Translations under genes and position numbers: made by a program | Notes under the pieces: model-generated | What the model saw: the letters and a program-made list of their open reading frames with translations, nothing else | Told to the model about the DNA's origin: nothing | The model's database searches: none | From: an uncultured Ruficoccus sp. | GTDB lineage: Bacteria; Verrucomicrobiota; Verrucomicrobiia; Opitutales; Cerasicoccaceae | NCBI GenBank assembly: GCA_965140785.1 | Contig: OZ223510.1 | Location: 224,001 to 288,000, forward strand | Direction of reading: 5' to 3' | DNA length: 64,000 bases | Shown here: positions 1 through 10,365 of the stretch, piece by piece | Layout of the letters: every line of letters begins with the position of its first letter | Position numbering within the stretch: the stretch's first letter is position 1

Positions 1-412
1 TGGCCTGGGAGGAGAGGGCGTCCATCTTCTGCGCCAGGGTGGTGCGCGGGATCATCTCGAGGCTGACCGCGCTGAGCTTGGCCTCGGCCATCCTGGCCAG
101 CAGGTCCTTCTCATTAAAGGGGTCCAGAAAGCTGATGTGGAGCGCGCCGGGCTTGACCTTGGCCAGCTCGGCGGTGTCGGGCTTGCGTACGCGCAGGACG
201 ATGTCGGCGTCAGCCAGTCCGGCGTCTCGTTCGCTGACGACTTCCGCCCCGGCTTCACGGTAGAGCTCGTCGGGCAGGTCGGCCCGCGCACCGAGTCCGG
301 ACTCGACCTTGACGGTCATGCCGAGGCCGGCCAGCTTCTTGGCCACTTCCGGGATGAGGGCGGCGCGCGTTTCACGGGGATCGGTCTCACGGACAGCGAA
401 AATGGTTTTCAT
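1..412 (-). CDS. pntA: NAD(P) transhydrogenase subunit alpha, N-terminal part (runs off the window edge)
   Basis: Manual translation (not in the ORF track): MKTIFAVRETDPRETRAALIPEVAKKL...VKVESGLG...SLEMIPRTTLAQKMDALSSQA, typical of PntA domain I. Confidence 0.9.
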   Translation of the reverse strand, partial: MKTIFAVRETDPRETRAALIPEVAKKLAGLGMTVKVESGLGARADLPDELYREAGAEVVSERDAGLADADIVLRVRKPDTAELAKVKPGALHISFLDPFNEKDLLARMAEAKLSAVSLEMIPRTTLAQKMDALSSQA

Positions 413-861
413 AGCAGAATTCTAATAAGCCATGTGCATGGTAGTAGTATTGGCAATGACTAAATGGCCGAATGGTATTATTCAGGCGAGGGGGATGAAC
501 GGGTTGTTATTGGCTTAACGTTAAGTCCATCAAGGAGATACTCAATGTTGAGTATGTGTCGAGGGTTCTGTCTTCAAAATACAAACATGCCCTCTGGTAA
601 CTGTTTTACCGGTTGTACGCCTTTAGCTGCATGGGGCGGGAGGGCGGTCTTTGGCTTTAGCCGGATCACACAGAATAATAAAAGTAGGGGCTCTGTGGAT
701 TTTTTCAACCACAGACAGCCCGGGAAGGCACAGCGCTGATTCACGGTTGGGCCTTTTCTCTGATCACCTGCACGGTGACACTCGGTAAAAACGCGGGAGA
801 GCTTAGGTTCTTAGTTCCTAGGCTTGCCAGCGGGGTGGGCATCTGAATTAGAGTAGGTGTT

Positions 862-3510
862 GTGTTAGTGCGTTTGAGTGGGAGGGTCTTCCGTTGTCTC
901 CAGCCAGTATTTTGGCTGGGGCTGTTGTTGGCGGGCACAAGCCTGTCCGGGCAGACGGCTGAGCCGCCCGCTGAATCGGTCCCGTTGCTGACGGATAAGA
1001 CACCGCAAGCGGTGAGTCCGGAGACCACTCACCTCATCGCGACCGGAGACGACGCCCTGCGGGCCGGACTGCCGACGCTGGCTGAGCGCTTTTATCTGCG
1101 GGCGCTGTCGGACACGACACTCAACGAGGACTTGCGGCTGGATCTGAACCTGAAGCTTTCGGTCGCCCTGATCAGCCAACGCAAACTGGTGGCCGCTCAG
1201 CGCCTGCTTGACGCACTTCCCGAGGCGAATGATCCGCGCGAACGCCTGAGCCGGGCTCTCCTGGCTTACCACAGCGGTGACCTGGCGGCAGTGAAAAGCT
1301 ACCTCAAGGACGTTTCGCCCCAAAAACTCTCTCCCGAATACCTGCCGTGGTATTACCTGCTGCAAGGACTCTGGGAGCGCTCGGAGGGAACGCTGGCCAA
1401 GGCCGAATCGTATTTCAAACAGGCCCTCAGCAAGGCGGTCACCGCCACCCAGCGGGCGGACTTTGAGGCTGAGATTTTCCGCAGCCAGATCATTGCGGGA
1501 CAAGCCGACGAGGAGACGGCCAAGCTGCTTCAGAAAAAAGTCGAGGAAACGCGGGGCACGCGGGTGGGCTTCGGCTTTGCTCGCCAGTATGCCATCGTGC
1601 TGGATTTGCTCGGGCACAAAACCCAGGCCATCGAAGTCCTGCAGGACCAGCTCAAGCTTTTAACCGACCAGGAAAAGCCCGAGCAGACGGAAATCCTGCT
1701 CCTGATCGCCCTGATCTCGGGTGAGGACACCCAGCGTGGCCAGCTCGCCCTGGAGGAAATCCTCCGCAACGCCGCGGACAAGGATTCCGCTGCGGTGGCG
1801 CTGAACATGCTCAGCCGCTCACGTCTGGCTGAGACCAAGCCGGAAGAGTTCCGTCAACTGCTGGACGAACTGATCGCCCAGCCCAATCACCCGCTCAACG
1901 ACGAGCTATTGCTGCTGCGGGCTCGGTTCATGCTCAACAAGGCCAGCCCCGATCCAGACTTGGCCGTGCGTGACGCCGAGGAGTTAATCGAGCGCTACCC
2001 GGGCTCGCCCTTGCGCATCGACGCCACCCGCTTGCTCGCTTTTCAAGCCTGGAATGCCGATCCGCCACGCTACCGCATGGCGGCGGATTACCTTAACCAG
2101 ATCCGCGAGGCGCTGCCGCCGGGCCGCGAGCACCGCTATTACGGGCGTTTGGTGGCGGACAGCTTTTTCCTCAATGGCGATTACCAGGCGGCGGCAGAAG
2201 TTTATGAGGCGGTGTTGAACGAGGAGCCCTCCCCGGCAGAACGGGGCGACCTGCTGCTTCAACTGGTGGAGTCTCTGGTGCGGGAAAAGCATTACGAGGA
2301 GGCAGGCCGGATGCTGGACGAGTCCTTCACCGTCAGCAGTTCATCGCCGGAACGCCGCTGGCAGGCTGAGTGGAGCCTGGCCACCTCGATGGCCCGCGCC
2401 GGCGAGGCTGAGGCCGCCCTCGAACGCCTGCGGACCATCCTCAGTCTGCCGACCAGCGACACCATGCCCGCCGCCTTGCGCCTTCGCCTCGGCTGGCTGG
2501 AAATCAAGCTGACCAGCGATCTGGGCATGTACGAATTGATCCCGGACATGACGGACGAACTGCTGGCCGAGGTCGGCGCGACGCCGGACAAGGACGTGCC
2601 GACCGACGACCGGGAGCTGATCGCGGCCAACGCGCTCTTTCTACGCGGGCGGGCGCTCCTGCGTCTGGGCCGCAATGAGCAGGCCTTCGCCACCTTCGCC
2701 AGCTTGCGGGAGAAATTTCCTACCAGCGATGCCGCCGTGCTGTCTTATTTGGAAGAAGCCCGCTACTTCGTGGCACAGGGCATTTATAATGAGGCGCAGT
2801 TAAGCTACCGCAAGATCGCCGACGACTACCCGGATACGCCGCAGGCCGCGATTGCGCTCTACGAGGGGGCCATGGCGGCGGAAAGCCAGGGGCAGCCGCG
2901 CAACCTGACCGAGGCGCTCAAGTACCTGGAGGAGCTGGCCACCAAGTACCCCAACCACGAGTTGGTCTTCCCGGCGCGTATCCGGCAGGGCGACATTTTG
3001 CGCAAGCTGGACGAATTCAGCCTGGCCCAGCAGACCTACGAGAACCTGATCCAGCAGTTCAATGGCAAGCGCAGTGACGTTTACCTGGTCGAACTGTACC
3101 GGGCCAACACGCTCATGGCCCAGGCCGGGGGCGATCCCCAGCGACTCGTCGCCGTGGCCGCTGATCTGGAAAACCTTTTCGACCGGCCCGACGCGCCGCT
3201 TGATTTTCGCTTGGAGGCGGGCTTTGCCTGGGCTCACTGCCTGCGCGAGGCGGGCAACCGCGACTCAGCCGAGGAAGCCCTGTGGCAGATGGTTGCACTG
3301 GCCGCTCCGGATGGGCAAGTCGATCCCGATTTGTCGCCGTCGGGACGGGTCTGGCTGGCCAAGGCGTTGCTGCGGCTGGCCGACATGCTGGCCGCCGACG
3401 GCAAGACCCGCGAATCCATCCAGTCACTGGAAATCATCCAGCGCAACCGCCTGCCCGGCTGGCACCTGGCGCAATCGCGCCTGAACAAAGAAGGCCTCAC
3501 CGGTGATTGA
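862..3510 (+). CDS. Secreted tetratricopeptide-repeat protein (BamD/YfiO-like TPR repeats)
   Basis: Signal-peptide-like N-terminus; repeated helical TPR-like motifs (e.g. 'ELIERYPGS', 'LREKFPTS', 'IADDYPDT'); lies upstream of exbB/exbD-like genes. Confidence 0.75.
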   Translation: MLVRLSGRVFRCLQPVFWLGLLLAGTSLSGQTAEPPAESVPLLTDKTPQAVSPETTHLIATGDDALRAGLPTLAERFYLRALSDTTLNEDLRLDLNLKLSVALISQRKLVAAQRLLDALPEANDPRERLSRALLAYHSGDLAAVKSYLKDVSPQKLSPEYLPWYYLLQGLWERSEGTLAKAESYFKQALSKAVTATQRADFEAEIFRSQIIAGQADEETAKLLQKKVEETRGTRVGFGFARQYAIVLDLLGHKTQAIEVLQDQLKLLTDQEKPEQTEILLLIALISGEDTQRGQLALEEILRNAADKDSAAVALNMLSRSRLAETKPEEFRQLLDELIAQPNHPLNDELLLLRARFMLNKASPDPDLAVRDAEELIERYPGSPLRIDATRLLAFQAWNADPPRYRMAADYLNQIREALPPGREHRYYGRLVADSFFLNGDYQAAAEVYEAVLNEEPSPAERGDLLLQLVESLVREKHYEEAGRMLDESFTVSSSSPERRWQAEWSLATSMARAGEAEAALERLRTILSLPTSDTMPAALRLRLGWLEIKLTSDLGMYELIPDMTDELLAEVGATPDKDVPTDDRELIAANALFLRGRALLRLGRNEQAFATFASLREKFPTSDAAVLSYLEEARYFVAQGIYNEAQLSYRKIADDYPDTPQAAIALYEGAMAAESQGQPRNLTEALKYLEELATKYPNHELVFPARIRQGDILRKLDEFSLAQQTYENLIQQFNGKRSDVYLVELYRANTLMAQAGGDPQRLVAVAADLENLFDRPDAPLDFRLEAGFAWAHCLREAGNRDSAEEALWQMVALAAPDGQVDPDLSPSGRVWLAKALLRLADMLAADGKTRESIQSLEIIQRNRLPGWHLAQSRLNKEGLTGD

Positions 3511-3563
3511 GTCTAGGCTTTACCGGCTGCCGGCTCCCCCTTTAACTGCTTGTTTTCAACCTC

Positions 3564-4223
3564 ATGGGCATTTTTGACTTTTCACTGATCGAACGCGGCG
3601 GCCCGCTGATGTGGCCTCTGCTGGTGCTGAGCCTGATCGGGTTTGTTTTCTTCGTCGAGCGCACCCTCTATCTGCACAAGGGGCAGATCCGCACCAACAC
3701 GTTCGTGGACGGGATCAAGAACCTCGTGCGCAAGCGCCGTCTGCTGGAGGCCCTGACTGTATGCGAGGAGACGCCCGGCCCTGTGGCCAGTGTGGTCAAG
3801 GCCGCGCTGCTCAACCACGACAAGTCCGAGGAAAAGATGCGCGGGGCGATCCGCGACGCCGCCCTGGTGGAGATTCCCACGCTTGAGCGCCGGGTCGGGA
3901 CCATCGCCGCCATTGCCAAGGTTTCTCCGATGGTGGGACTGCTGGGGACGATCGTAGCCCTGCTCAACGCCTTTGTCCTGATGCAGGAAAAGGGCCCCTA
4001 CGCCAACGCGGCCACCTTCTCCGGGGATGTGGCGCAGGCTCTCATCACCACGGCGACCGGTCTGGCCATCGCCATCATGGCCTACCTCGCGCACCACTTC
4101 CTGCATGGCCGTGTCCGTGCACTGGTCCACGACATGGAGTGGGTCGGCAACGACATTATCCAGTTTCTCAACCGGGACGTACCGGAGGAAGACGAGGACG
4201 GCGAAATTACTCAGAAGGAGTAA
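3564..4223 (+). CDS. MotA/TolQ/ExbB proton channel family protein
   Basis: Motifs 'SPMVGLLGTI' and 'AQALITTATGLAIAI'. Confidence 0.9.
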   Translation: MGIFDFSLIERGGPLMWPLLVLSLIGFVFFVERTLYLHKGQIRTNTFVDGIKNLVRKRRLLEALTVCEETPGPVASVVKAALLNHDKSEEKMRGAIRDAALVEIPTLERRVGTIAAIAKVSPMVGLLGTIVALLNAFVLMQEKGPYANAATFSGDVAQALITTATGLAIAIMAYLAHHFLHGRVRALVHDMEWVGNDIIQFLNRDVPEEDEDGEITQKE

Positions 4224-4345
4224 TTTGAATGGCTAATCGTTGATTGTAAAATGGTTACGTATAAAATAAATAACCTATATCCACTCGAGCTTCCCATCGA
4301 CACGCAGCCATTTAGCCATTTAACCCTTTAACCATTTCTTCCCCC

Positions 4346-4828
4346 ATGTCCCTGACCCGTCCGCTCGAACTCGAACGCCACCTGACCGCACCGGAGCGCC
4401 GGCTCGACGTGGCGCCGCTGTTCGATGTGCTGCTGATCTGCGTCATGTTCATGCTGCTGGGCTCGCGCTTCGTCTCAGCCCCCGGCGAAACGATTAAACT
4501 CCCGTCCCTGGATACCGCCTCTCCGGCCGGGGTGGCGACGGTCGCTGTTCTCACCTACAAGAGCGACGAGATGATGATCCTGGACGGGCGCGTCATCACG
4601 TTGGAGGGCTGGAAACGCCTGATCCAGCGCGACGGCGGCACCGGCAAGGGTGTCTTGCTGGTCAAGGCCGACGCGGAACTGCCGCTGCAAACTTTGCTCA
4701 AACTGGCCGAACTGGCACGTCAAGGGGGCTACAGCGCCCTGCAAATCGCGGCCAATGGCTCCGGGACGGAAACCCTATGGGAAGAAGGGCAGGGTGTGCC
4801 GGAGCCCTTCGAAGGGCTCAACCCATGA
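4346..4828 (+). CDS. ExbD/TolR biopolymer transport protein
   Basis: 'DVAPLFDVLLICVMFML' transmembrane motif and 'VKAD' motif; follows the exbB-like gene. Confidence 0.85.
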   Translation: MSLTRPLELERHLTAPERRLDVAPLFDVLLICVMFMLLGSRFVSAPGETIKLPSLDTASPAGVATVAVLTYKSDEMMILDGRVITLEGWKRLIQRDGGTGKGVLLVKADAELPLQTLLKLAELARQGGYSALQIAANGSGTETLWEEGQGVPEPFEGLNP

Positions 4829-5583
4829 GCGCGCGCGGCAGTTATCTGCACCGGCTACAGCGCTGGTGGCATTCGCCGCTGGCGCGCGTGGCGCTGGTCC
4901 TGGGGATCGGGGTTCACCTGGCGGGGTTTTTGCTGTTCCGGGTGGTCAGCGATCCGGTCTGCGCGGAGGAGGCGCCACGGCCCTTCATCGTCTGGAGCGG
5001 CCCCGAGGAGGGGAGCGGGAACATCGTCCGACGCGAGCAGTCGCTCTTGCTGGATTCCGAGGCTCTCTTTTTGCCCACCCCTCTGAATGCCCGCGGCGAC
5101 AACAATTCGCAGCGCCTGCTTTCGCCCGGCGCGGCCCTGCTGGAGACCAATACGCCCCTGCCGGTGACGGAAAGCCTCGCCTGGGCCGAGCGCGCCGAAA
5201 ATGAGCGCACCGAGCCACTGAGTTTTAAAGAACTGCTGGTCAGCTATGCCCGCGACAGCGTGACCACCTACGGGCAGGCCGGGCTTCCCGAGCCAGTGGA
5301 AGCCTCGGAGACCGTCCGGGTCGAGGTGCGCGACGCCACCACCGGGCGTTCCCTGGGGGAATACAGCCTGGAAACGGGCGAGGCCGTGCTGCCCGTCCCG
5401 ACGGAACCGGAACCGCTTGAGTACATGCTTTACCGGGCCGGAGCCGGGAATATCGGCTCACTGCTGCCCCTGACGCCCGCCGCCGGCGGGGACGCCGGTA
5501 AGGCCTGGGCCCGCGAGATTGAACGCGCCGGCTGGGAGAGTTCGCTTCCCCAGGGCTATTACCGGATCATTGTCAGCCCGTAG
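4825..5583 (+). CDS. Hypothetical membrane-anchored protein (occupies the TonB-like position)
   Basis: ATG overlaps the exbD stop; single N-terminal TM segment containing 'VHL'. Confidence 0.55.
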   Translation: MSARGSYLHRLQRWWHSPLARVALVLGIGVHLAGFLLFRVVSDPVCAEEAPRPFIVWSGPEEGSGNIVRREQSLLLDSEALFLPTPLNARGDNNSQRLLSPGAALLETNTPLPVTESLAWAERAENERTEPLSFKELLVSYARDSVTTYGQAGLPEPVEASETVRVEVRDATTGRSLGEYSLETGEAVLPVPTEPEPLEYMLYRAGAGNIGSLLPLTPAAGGDAGKAWAREIERAGWESSLPQGYYRIIVSP

Positions 5584-5658
5584 CGGTCTGAATGGCCATG
5601 CATCCGATTCACACCGACCCGGAGTTGACATCCGCGACGGCAAACCTTTCCTGAGCCC

Positions 5659-6880
5659 ATGCCCTGGTATCTGTATCTCGCGCTCAAGCAGCTCTTTCCC
5701 TCCGGGCGGCTGGTGTCGCTGTTCTGCGTCGTTTCCGTCATCGGCGTCATGCTGGGCGTGGCCGTGCTACTGATCGTCCAAAGCGTCATGAACGGCTTCG
5801 GCAAGGAAATCCGCGACAAGCTGGCCGATACCGACGGGCATGTGCGCATCCAGGGGGCCGGCATTATCTACCAGACCTGGCCGCTGATCGACATGGCCGA
5901 GCAAATCGAAGGAGTCGAGGCCATCTCCCCCTACGCCGAGGGCATGGTCATGATGATGCACCGCAATATCCCGGCCTTTCCCTTTGTGCGCGGGGTGGAT
6001 GTCTTCGAGGAGGAGCCGATCATTCCTTTCGACCAGTACCTGCGTTCGGGTAAATTCGAAGATCTCGACGACGAGACGGTCTTTCTCAGCGGCGGACTGG
6101 CCGCCTCCATCGGCGCCTATGTGGGCTCGACCGTGGAAGTGTACTCGCCGCTCATGCTCGAAAAACTCAAGCACGACGAGGTGCTGCTGCCGCGCGAACT
6201 GGAAGTGGCGGGGATCTTCGAAACCGGCTACAACCAGATCGACGCCAACACCATGATCGTGACTCTGCGGCTGATGCAGGAGCTTTACGGCCTCGGCAAC
6301 GGCGCCCACGGCGTCTCCCTGCGCCTGAAGGACCGCAACCAGGCCGGGGCCGTGGCCCAGCAGCTCAACGACCAACTGGAGCCGCCGTACCGGGCGAGCA
6401 CCTGGCTCGACCGCAATAGCGACATGCTCTCCGTCCTCGTTCTGGAAAAGACGGTCATGTCGTTTATCATCCTCTTTATCGTGCTGGTGGCGGCCTTCTC
6501 CATCGCCAGTTCGCTCTACACGGCGGTTGTCCGTAAAACCCGCGAAATCGGCCTGCTCGGGGCCATGGGGGCGCGTTCGCGCCAGACGGCGGCGATTTTC
6601 TGCCTTCAGGGGCTGATCATCGGGGCGGTCGGCTCGCTCCTCGGGGTGGGCTTCGCGTTGTTAGCGCTCCACTACCGGGTGGACATTATCAATGCCATCA
6701 CCTCGGCCACGAACAGCCAGGACATCATGCTGAAGTTCTACAAGTTCCGCGAACCGCCCGTCCACTACGAGACGCTGGACTTTGTGCTGACCGTGGCCTT
6801 TGCCCTTTTGGTTTCCACCCTGGCCGGGCTGATTCCCGCCTGGTTCGCCGCCCGCCTAAAACCCGCCGACGCCCTTCGCA

Positions 6881-6888
<8 letters not shown>
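5659..6888 (+). CDS. lolE: Lipoprotein-releasing ABC permease LolC/E
   Basis: 'GVMLGVAVLLIVQSVMNGF', 'KTREIGLLGAMG', C-terminal 'PADALRNE'. Confidence 0.88.
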
Positions 6889-7561
<673 letters not shown>

Positions 7562-7574
7562 TTTAATCTTATTT

Positions 7575-8022
7575 ATCTCATACAGAGGCACAGGGGCACA
7601 GAGATGAGAGAGAACGAGATTGGAGACAGGGTTATTCATACCGCGATTGAGTTACACCGGGATCTTGGACCTGGGCTGTTTGAGTCCGTCTATGAGTCCA
7701 TCCTTGCCCATCTACTAGAAGAACAAGGACTTTGTGTTCAACGGCAGGTTGCCATCCCGGTCATTTTTCGCGGGTTGCGTTTTGAAGAAGGTTTCGTGCA
7801 GACCTGATTGTCGAAAATAAAGTCATTCTTGAATTAAAATCAGTCGAAGCGATCACACGTGCCCATAATAAACAATTACTGACCTATTTGAAGCTTACCG
7901 GGTTGAAACTTGGTTACATCCTTAATTTCGGAGAAGAATTGATGAAAACCGGTGTCAGCCGAGTTATCAACGGACAGCTTTATTCTTGATCATCTCCGTG
8001 CCTCCGTGCCTCCGTGTGAGAT
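7575..8022. mobile_element. Element made of 32-bp imperfect inverted repeats (8-bp periodic CACRGAGG) exactly enclosing the GxxExxY gene
   Basis: 7575-7606 ATCTCATACAGAGGCACAGGGGCACAGAGATG versus reverse complement of 7991-8022 ATCTCACACGGAGGCACGGAGGCACGGAGATG (27/32 identical). Confidence 0.65.
7604..7989 (+). pseudogene. GxxExxY family (PD-(D/E)xK-like) protein with a 1-bp frameshift near 7791-7796
   Basis: Contains 'GPGLFESVY'. After GAAGAAGGTTTCGTGCAGAC the family-typical continuation 'RADLIVENKVILELKSV...QLLTYLKLTGLKLGYILNFG' lies in another frame, ending at TGA 7987-7989. Confidence 0.85.
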
Positions 8023-8077
8023 CCCTCTTAAAAAAGACATTCCCAAAACGCCTCCGGGCCGCTAAGTTCATTCGCTT

Positions 8078-9022
8078 ATGGCAGACAAGACCCCTTTGCG
8101 TTGCGGGGTGGCCGGGGTCGGGTACCTCGGGCAGCACCACGCGCGAATTTACCATCAGCTCGACGGCTGCGAACTGGCCGGCGTGTACGACGCCGACCCC
8201 AAGCGCGCCCGTGAAATCGCCAAGCAGCACGGCGGGGCGCACGTGTGTGAAACCCTGGAAGAGTTGGGCGAGCGCTGTGAGGCCGTCAGCGTGGCCGTGC
8301 CGACCGACCGCCACACCGAGGTCGCACTGCCGCTGCTGGGGCAGGGCTGCCACCTGCTGATCGAGAAGCCCATCTGCCCCACACTGGAGGAGGCCGAACG
8401 GATCACCGAGGCGGCCACCTCGCGCGGCTTGCTGGTGCAGGTCGGCCACATCGAGCACTACAACCCGGTCATGGCCTTTCTGGAAAAACACGTCAAAGAC
8501 CCGCGCTTCATCACGGCGGACCGGCTAGCGGAGTTCAAGATCCGGGGCGTGGAGGTCAGCGTGGTGCTCGACCTGATGATCCACGACATCGGCGTCATCC
8601 TGCAACTGGTCAAGTCGCCGCTGATGCGGGTGGACTCGGTCGGGGTCAATGTGCTGACCAAGAGCGAGGACATCGCCAACGCCCGCCTGACCTTCGAGAA
8701 CGGCTGCGTGGCCAACATCAACACCAGCCGCGTCAGCCGCAAGCCGGTGCGCGAAATCCGCGTCTTCCAGCCCAACGCCTACCTCTCGCTCAATTTCGCT
8801 GAGCAGAAAGGCCACCTCATCCGCAAAGGCAAGCTCGGCCTGAGCAAGAAGAACATCCCGATCGAAAAGGGCGAACCGCTCCTGCTCGAGCTGGCCTCCT
8901 TCACCGACGCCGTGCGCAAACACACCGCCCCGAAGGTGGACGCCGCTCTCGGCCGCAGCGCTCTGGAGGTCGCCTTGAAAATCACCCAGCAAATCCGCGA
9001 GGCCAACGAACTGCGCGGGTAA
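8078..9022 (+). CDS. Gfo/Idh/MocA oxidoreductase (GnnA-like UDP-GlcNAc 3-dehydrogenase candidate)
   Basis: GVGYLG, 'EKP', 'DLMIHDI'; lies upstream of lpxB. Confidence 0.8.
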   Translation: MADKTPLRCGVAGVGYLGQHHARIYHQLDGCELAGVYDADPKRAREIAKQHGGAHVCETLEELGERCEAVSVAVPTDRHTEVALPLLGQGCHLLIEKPICPTLEEAERITEAATSRGLLVQVGHIEHYNPVMAFLEKHVKDPRFITADRLAEFKIRGVEVSVVLDLMIHDIGVILQLVKSPLMRVDSVGVNVLTKSEDIANARLTFENGCVANINTSRVSRKPVREIRVFQPNAYLSLNFAEQKGHLIRKGKLGLSKKNIPIEKGEPLLLELASFTDAVRKHTAPKVDAALGRSALEVALKITQQIREANELRG

Positions 9023-9036
9023 ACGGAATTCTTTTA

Positions 9037-9127
9037 TAACCGCCAAGGACGCAAAGAGCGCAAAGCCCCTCAGTGGGTTCTTCTCATCTCCGCCTTTTCT
9101 TCGCGTCCTTTGCGCTCTTTGCGGTTA
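9037..9127. repeat. Palindromic intergenic element with 9-bp periodic arms (CGCAAAGAG type)
   Basis: TAACCGCCAAGGACGCAAAGAGCGCAAAG ... CTTCGCGTCCTTTGCGCTCTTTGCGGTTA. Confidence 0.75.
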
Positions 9128-9140
9128 AAATATTGATTCG

Positions 9141-10322
9141 ATGAGTCTGCCAGCCCCCAGTACGCAACCCGACTTGCTCATCCTCGCCGGTGAGCACTCC
9201 GGCGATCAGCATGCGGCCCGCGTGCTGCGCGAGTTGCGGGCGGCGCAGCCGTCACTGAGTGTGTGCGCGATCGGCGGCGAGGAGTTGGAGAAGGCCGGGG
9301 CGCAGCTTTTGTTCGACCTGACACAGCACTCGGTGGTGGGCTTGTTCGAAGTTTTAAAGAACTACGGCTTTTTCAAAAACCTGTTTGAGCAGACGGTGGC
9401 GTGGATCAAAGAGCACCGCCCGCGCGCGGTCTGCTTTGTCGATTATCCGGGGTTCAACCTGCGGCTGGCCGAGCGTCTGCACAAGGAAGGGATCAGCGTC
9501 AAAGGCGGCGGCGATGTATCCATGCTCTACTACATCAGCCCGCAGATCTGGGCCTGGAAAGGGCACCGGCGCTTCAAGATGGCCAAGCTGCTCGACGCTC
9601 TGGCGGTGATTTTTCCGTTCGAGATCGAGTGCTATAAGGACACCGATCTGCCCGTGACCTATGTGGGGCACCCCTTTACCGCGGACGACTATGAGCTGCC
9701 GCTGCGCCATACCCCGGAGGGGCCGATTTTGCTACTGCCCGGCAGCCGCAAGACACCCGTGCGGCGGATATTTCCGCTCATGCTGCGGGCGTTGGAGCGG
9801 CGTTACCGGACGGGCGCACTGGCCGGGGAGGGGATGGGTTCGCCGGACGAGCGAGCCGTGGCGATTTACCCCGGCGAAGCTATCGCTGAGGTACTGGAGG
9901 CGGAACTGGCGGCCCTCCCGTCTTTAAAGAACCGCGTGAGCCTGGAGCCCGGCGGTGCGGTGGCCGAGGCGGCGGCGGTCTTGACCAGTTCGGGCACGAT
10001 GTCGCTCAACTGTGCCCTGGCGGGCATCCCGGGCGCGATTGTTTACCGGGCCAACCCGCTGACGTATTTCATCGGGCGGCGGCTGGTGAGCATCGACCGG
10101 CTGGGCATTGCCAATATTCTGCTCGAGCGCGACGTCTATCCCGAGTACCTGCAAGGAGCGGCTAGCCCGGAGGCGCTCAACCGAGAACTGGAAGTCTGCC
10201 TGCACGACTCGGCCCGCCTGACGATTACCCAGAAAGCCGCCGCCGAGTTGATCCACCTGCTCGGTGAAGAGCGTGAAATGTCTCCGGCGGACTGGCTGCT
10301 GAAGTTCCTTCCGAAAGCCTAG
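9141..10322 (+). CDS. lpxB: Lipid-A-disaccharide synthase
   Basis: 'AGEHSGD', 'VDYPGFN', 'YYISPQIWAW', 'VGHP', 'LPGSR'. Confidence 0.93.
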   Translation: MSLPAPSTQPDLLILAGEHSGDQHAARVLRELRAAQPSLSVCAIGGEELEKAGAQLLFDLTQHSVVGLFEVLKNYGFFKNLFEQTVAWIKEHRPRAVCFVDYPGFNLRLAERLHKEGISVKGGGDVSMLYYISPQIWAWKGHRRFKMAKLLDALAVIFPFEIECYKDTDLPVTYVGHPFTADDYELPLRHTPEGPILLLPGSRKTPVRRIFPLMLRALERRYRTGALAGEGMGSPDERAVAIYPGEAIAEVLEAELAALPSLKNRVSLEPGGAVAEAAAVLTSSGTMSLNCALAGIPGAIVYRANPLTYFIGRRLVSIDRLGIANILLERDVYPEYLQGAASPEALNRELEVCLHDSARLTITQKAAAELIHLLGEEREMSPADWLLKFLPKA

Positions 10323-10365
10323 GATACTTCGCTGCGAATAATTGGGGCTTGTCGGCTTACTCGAC

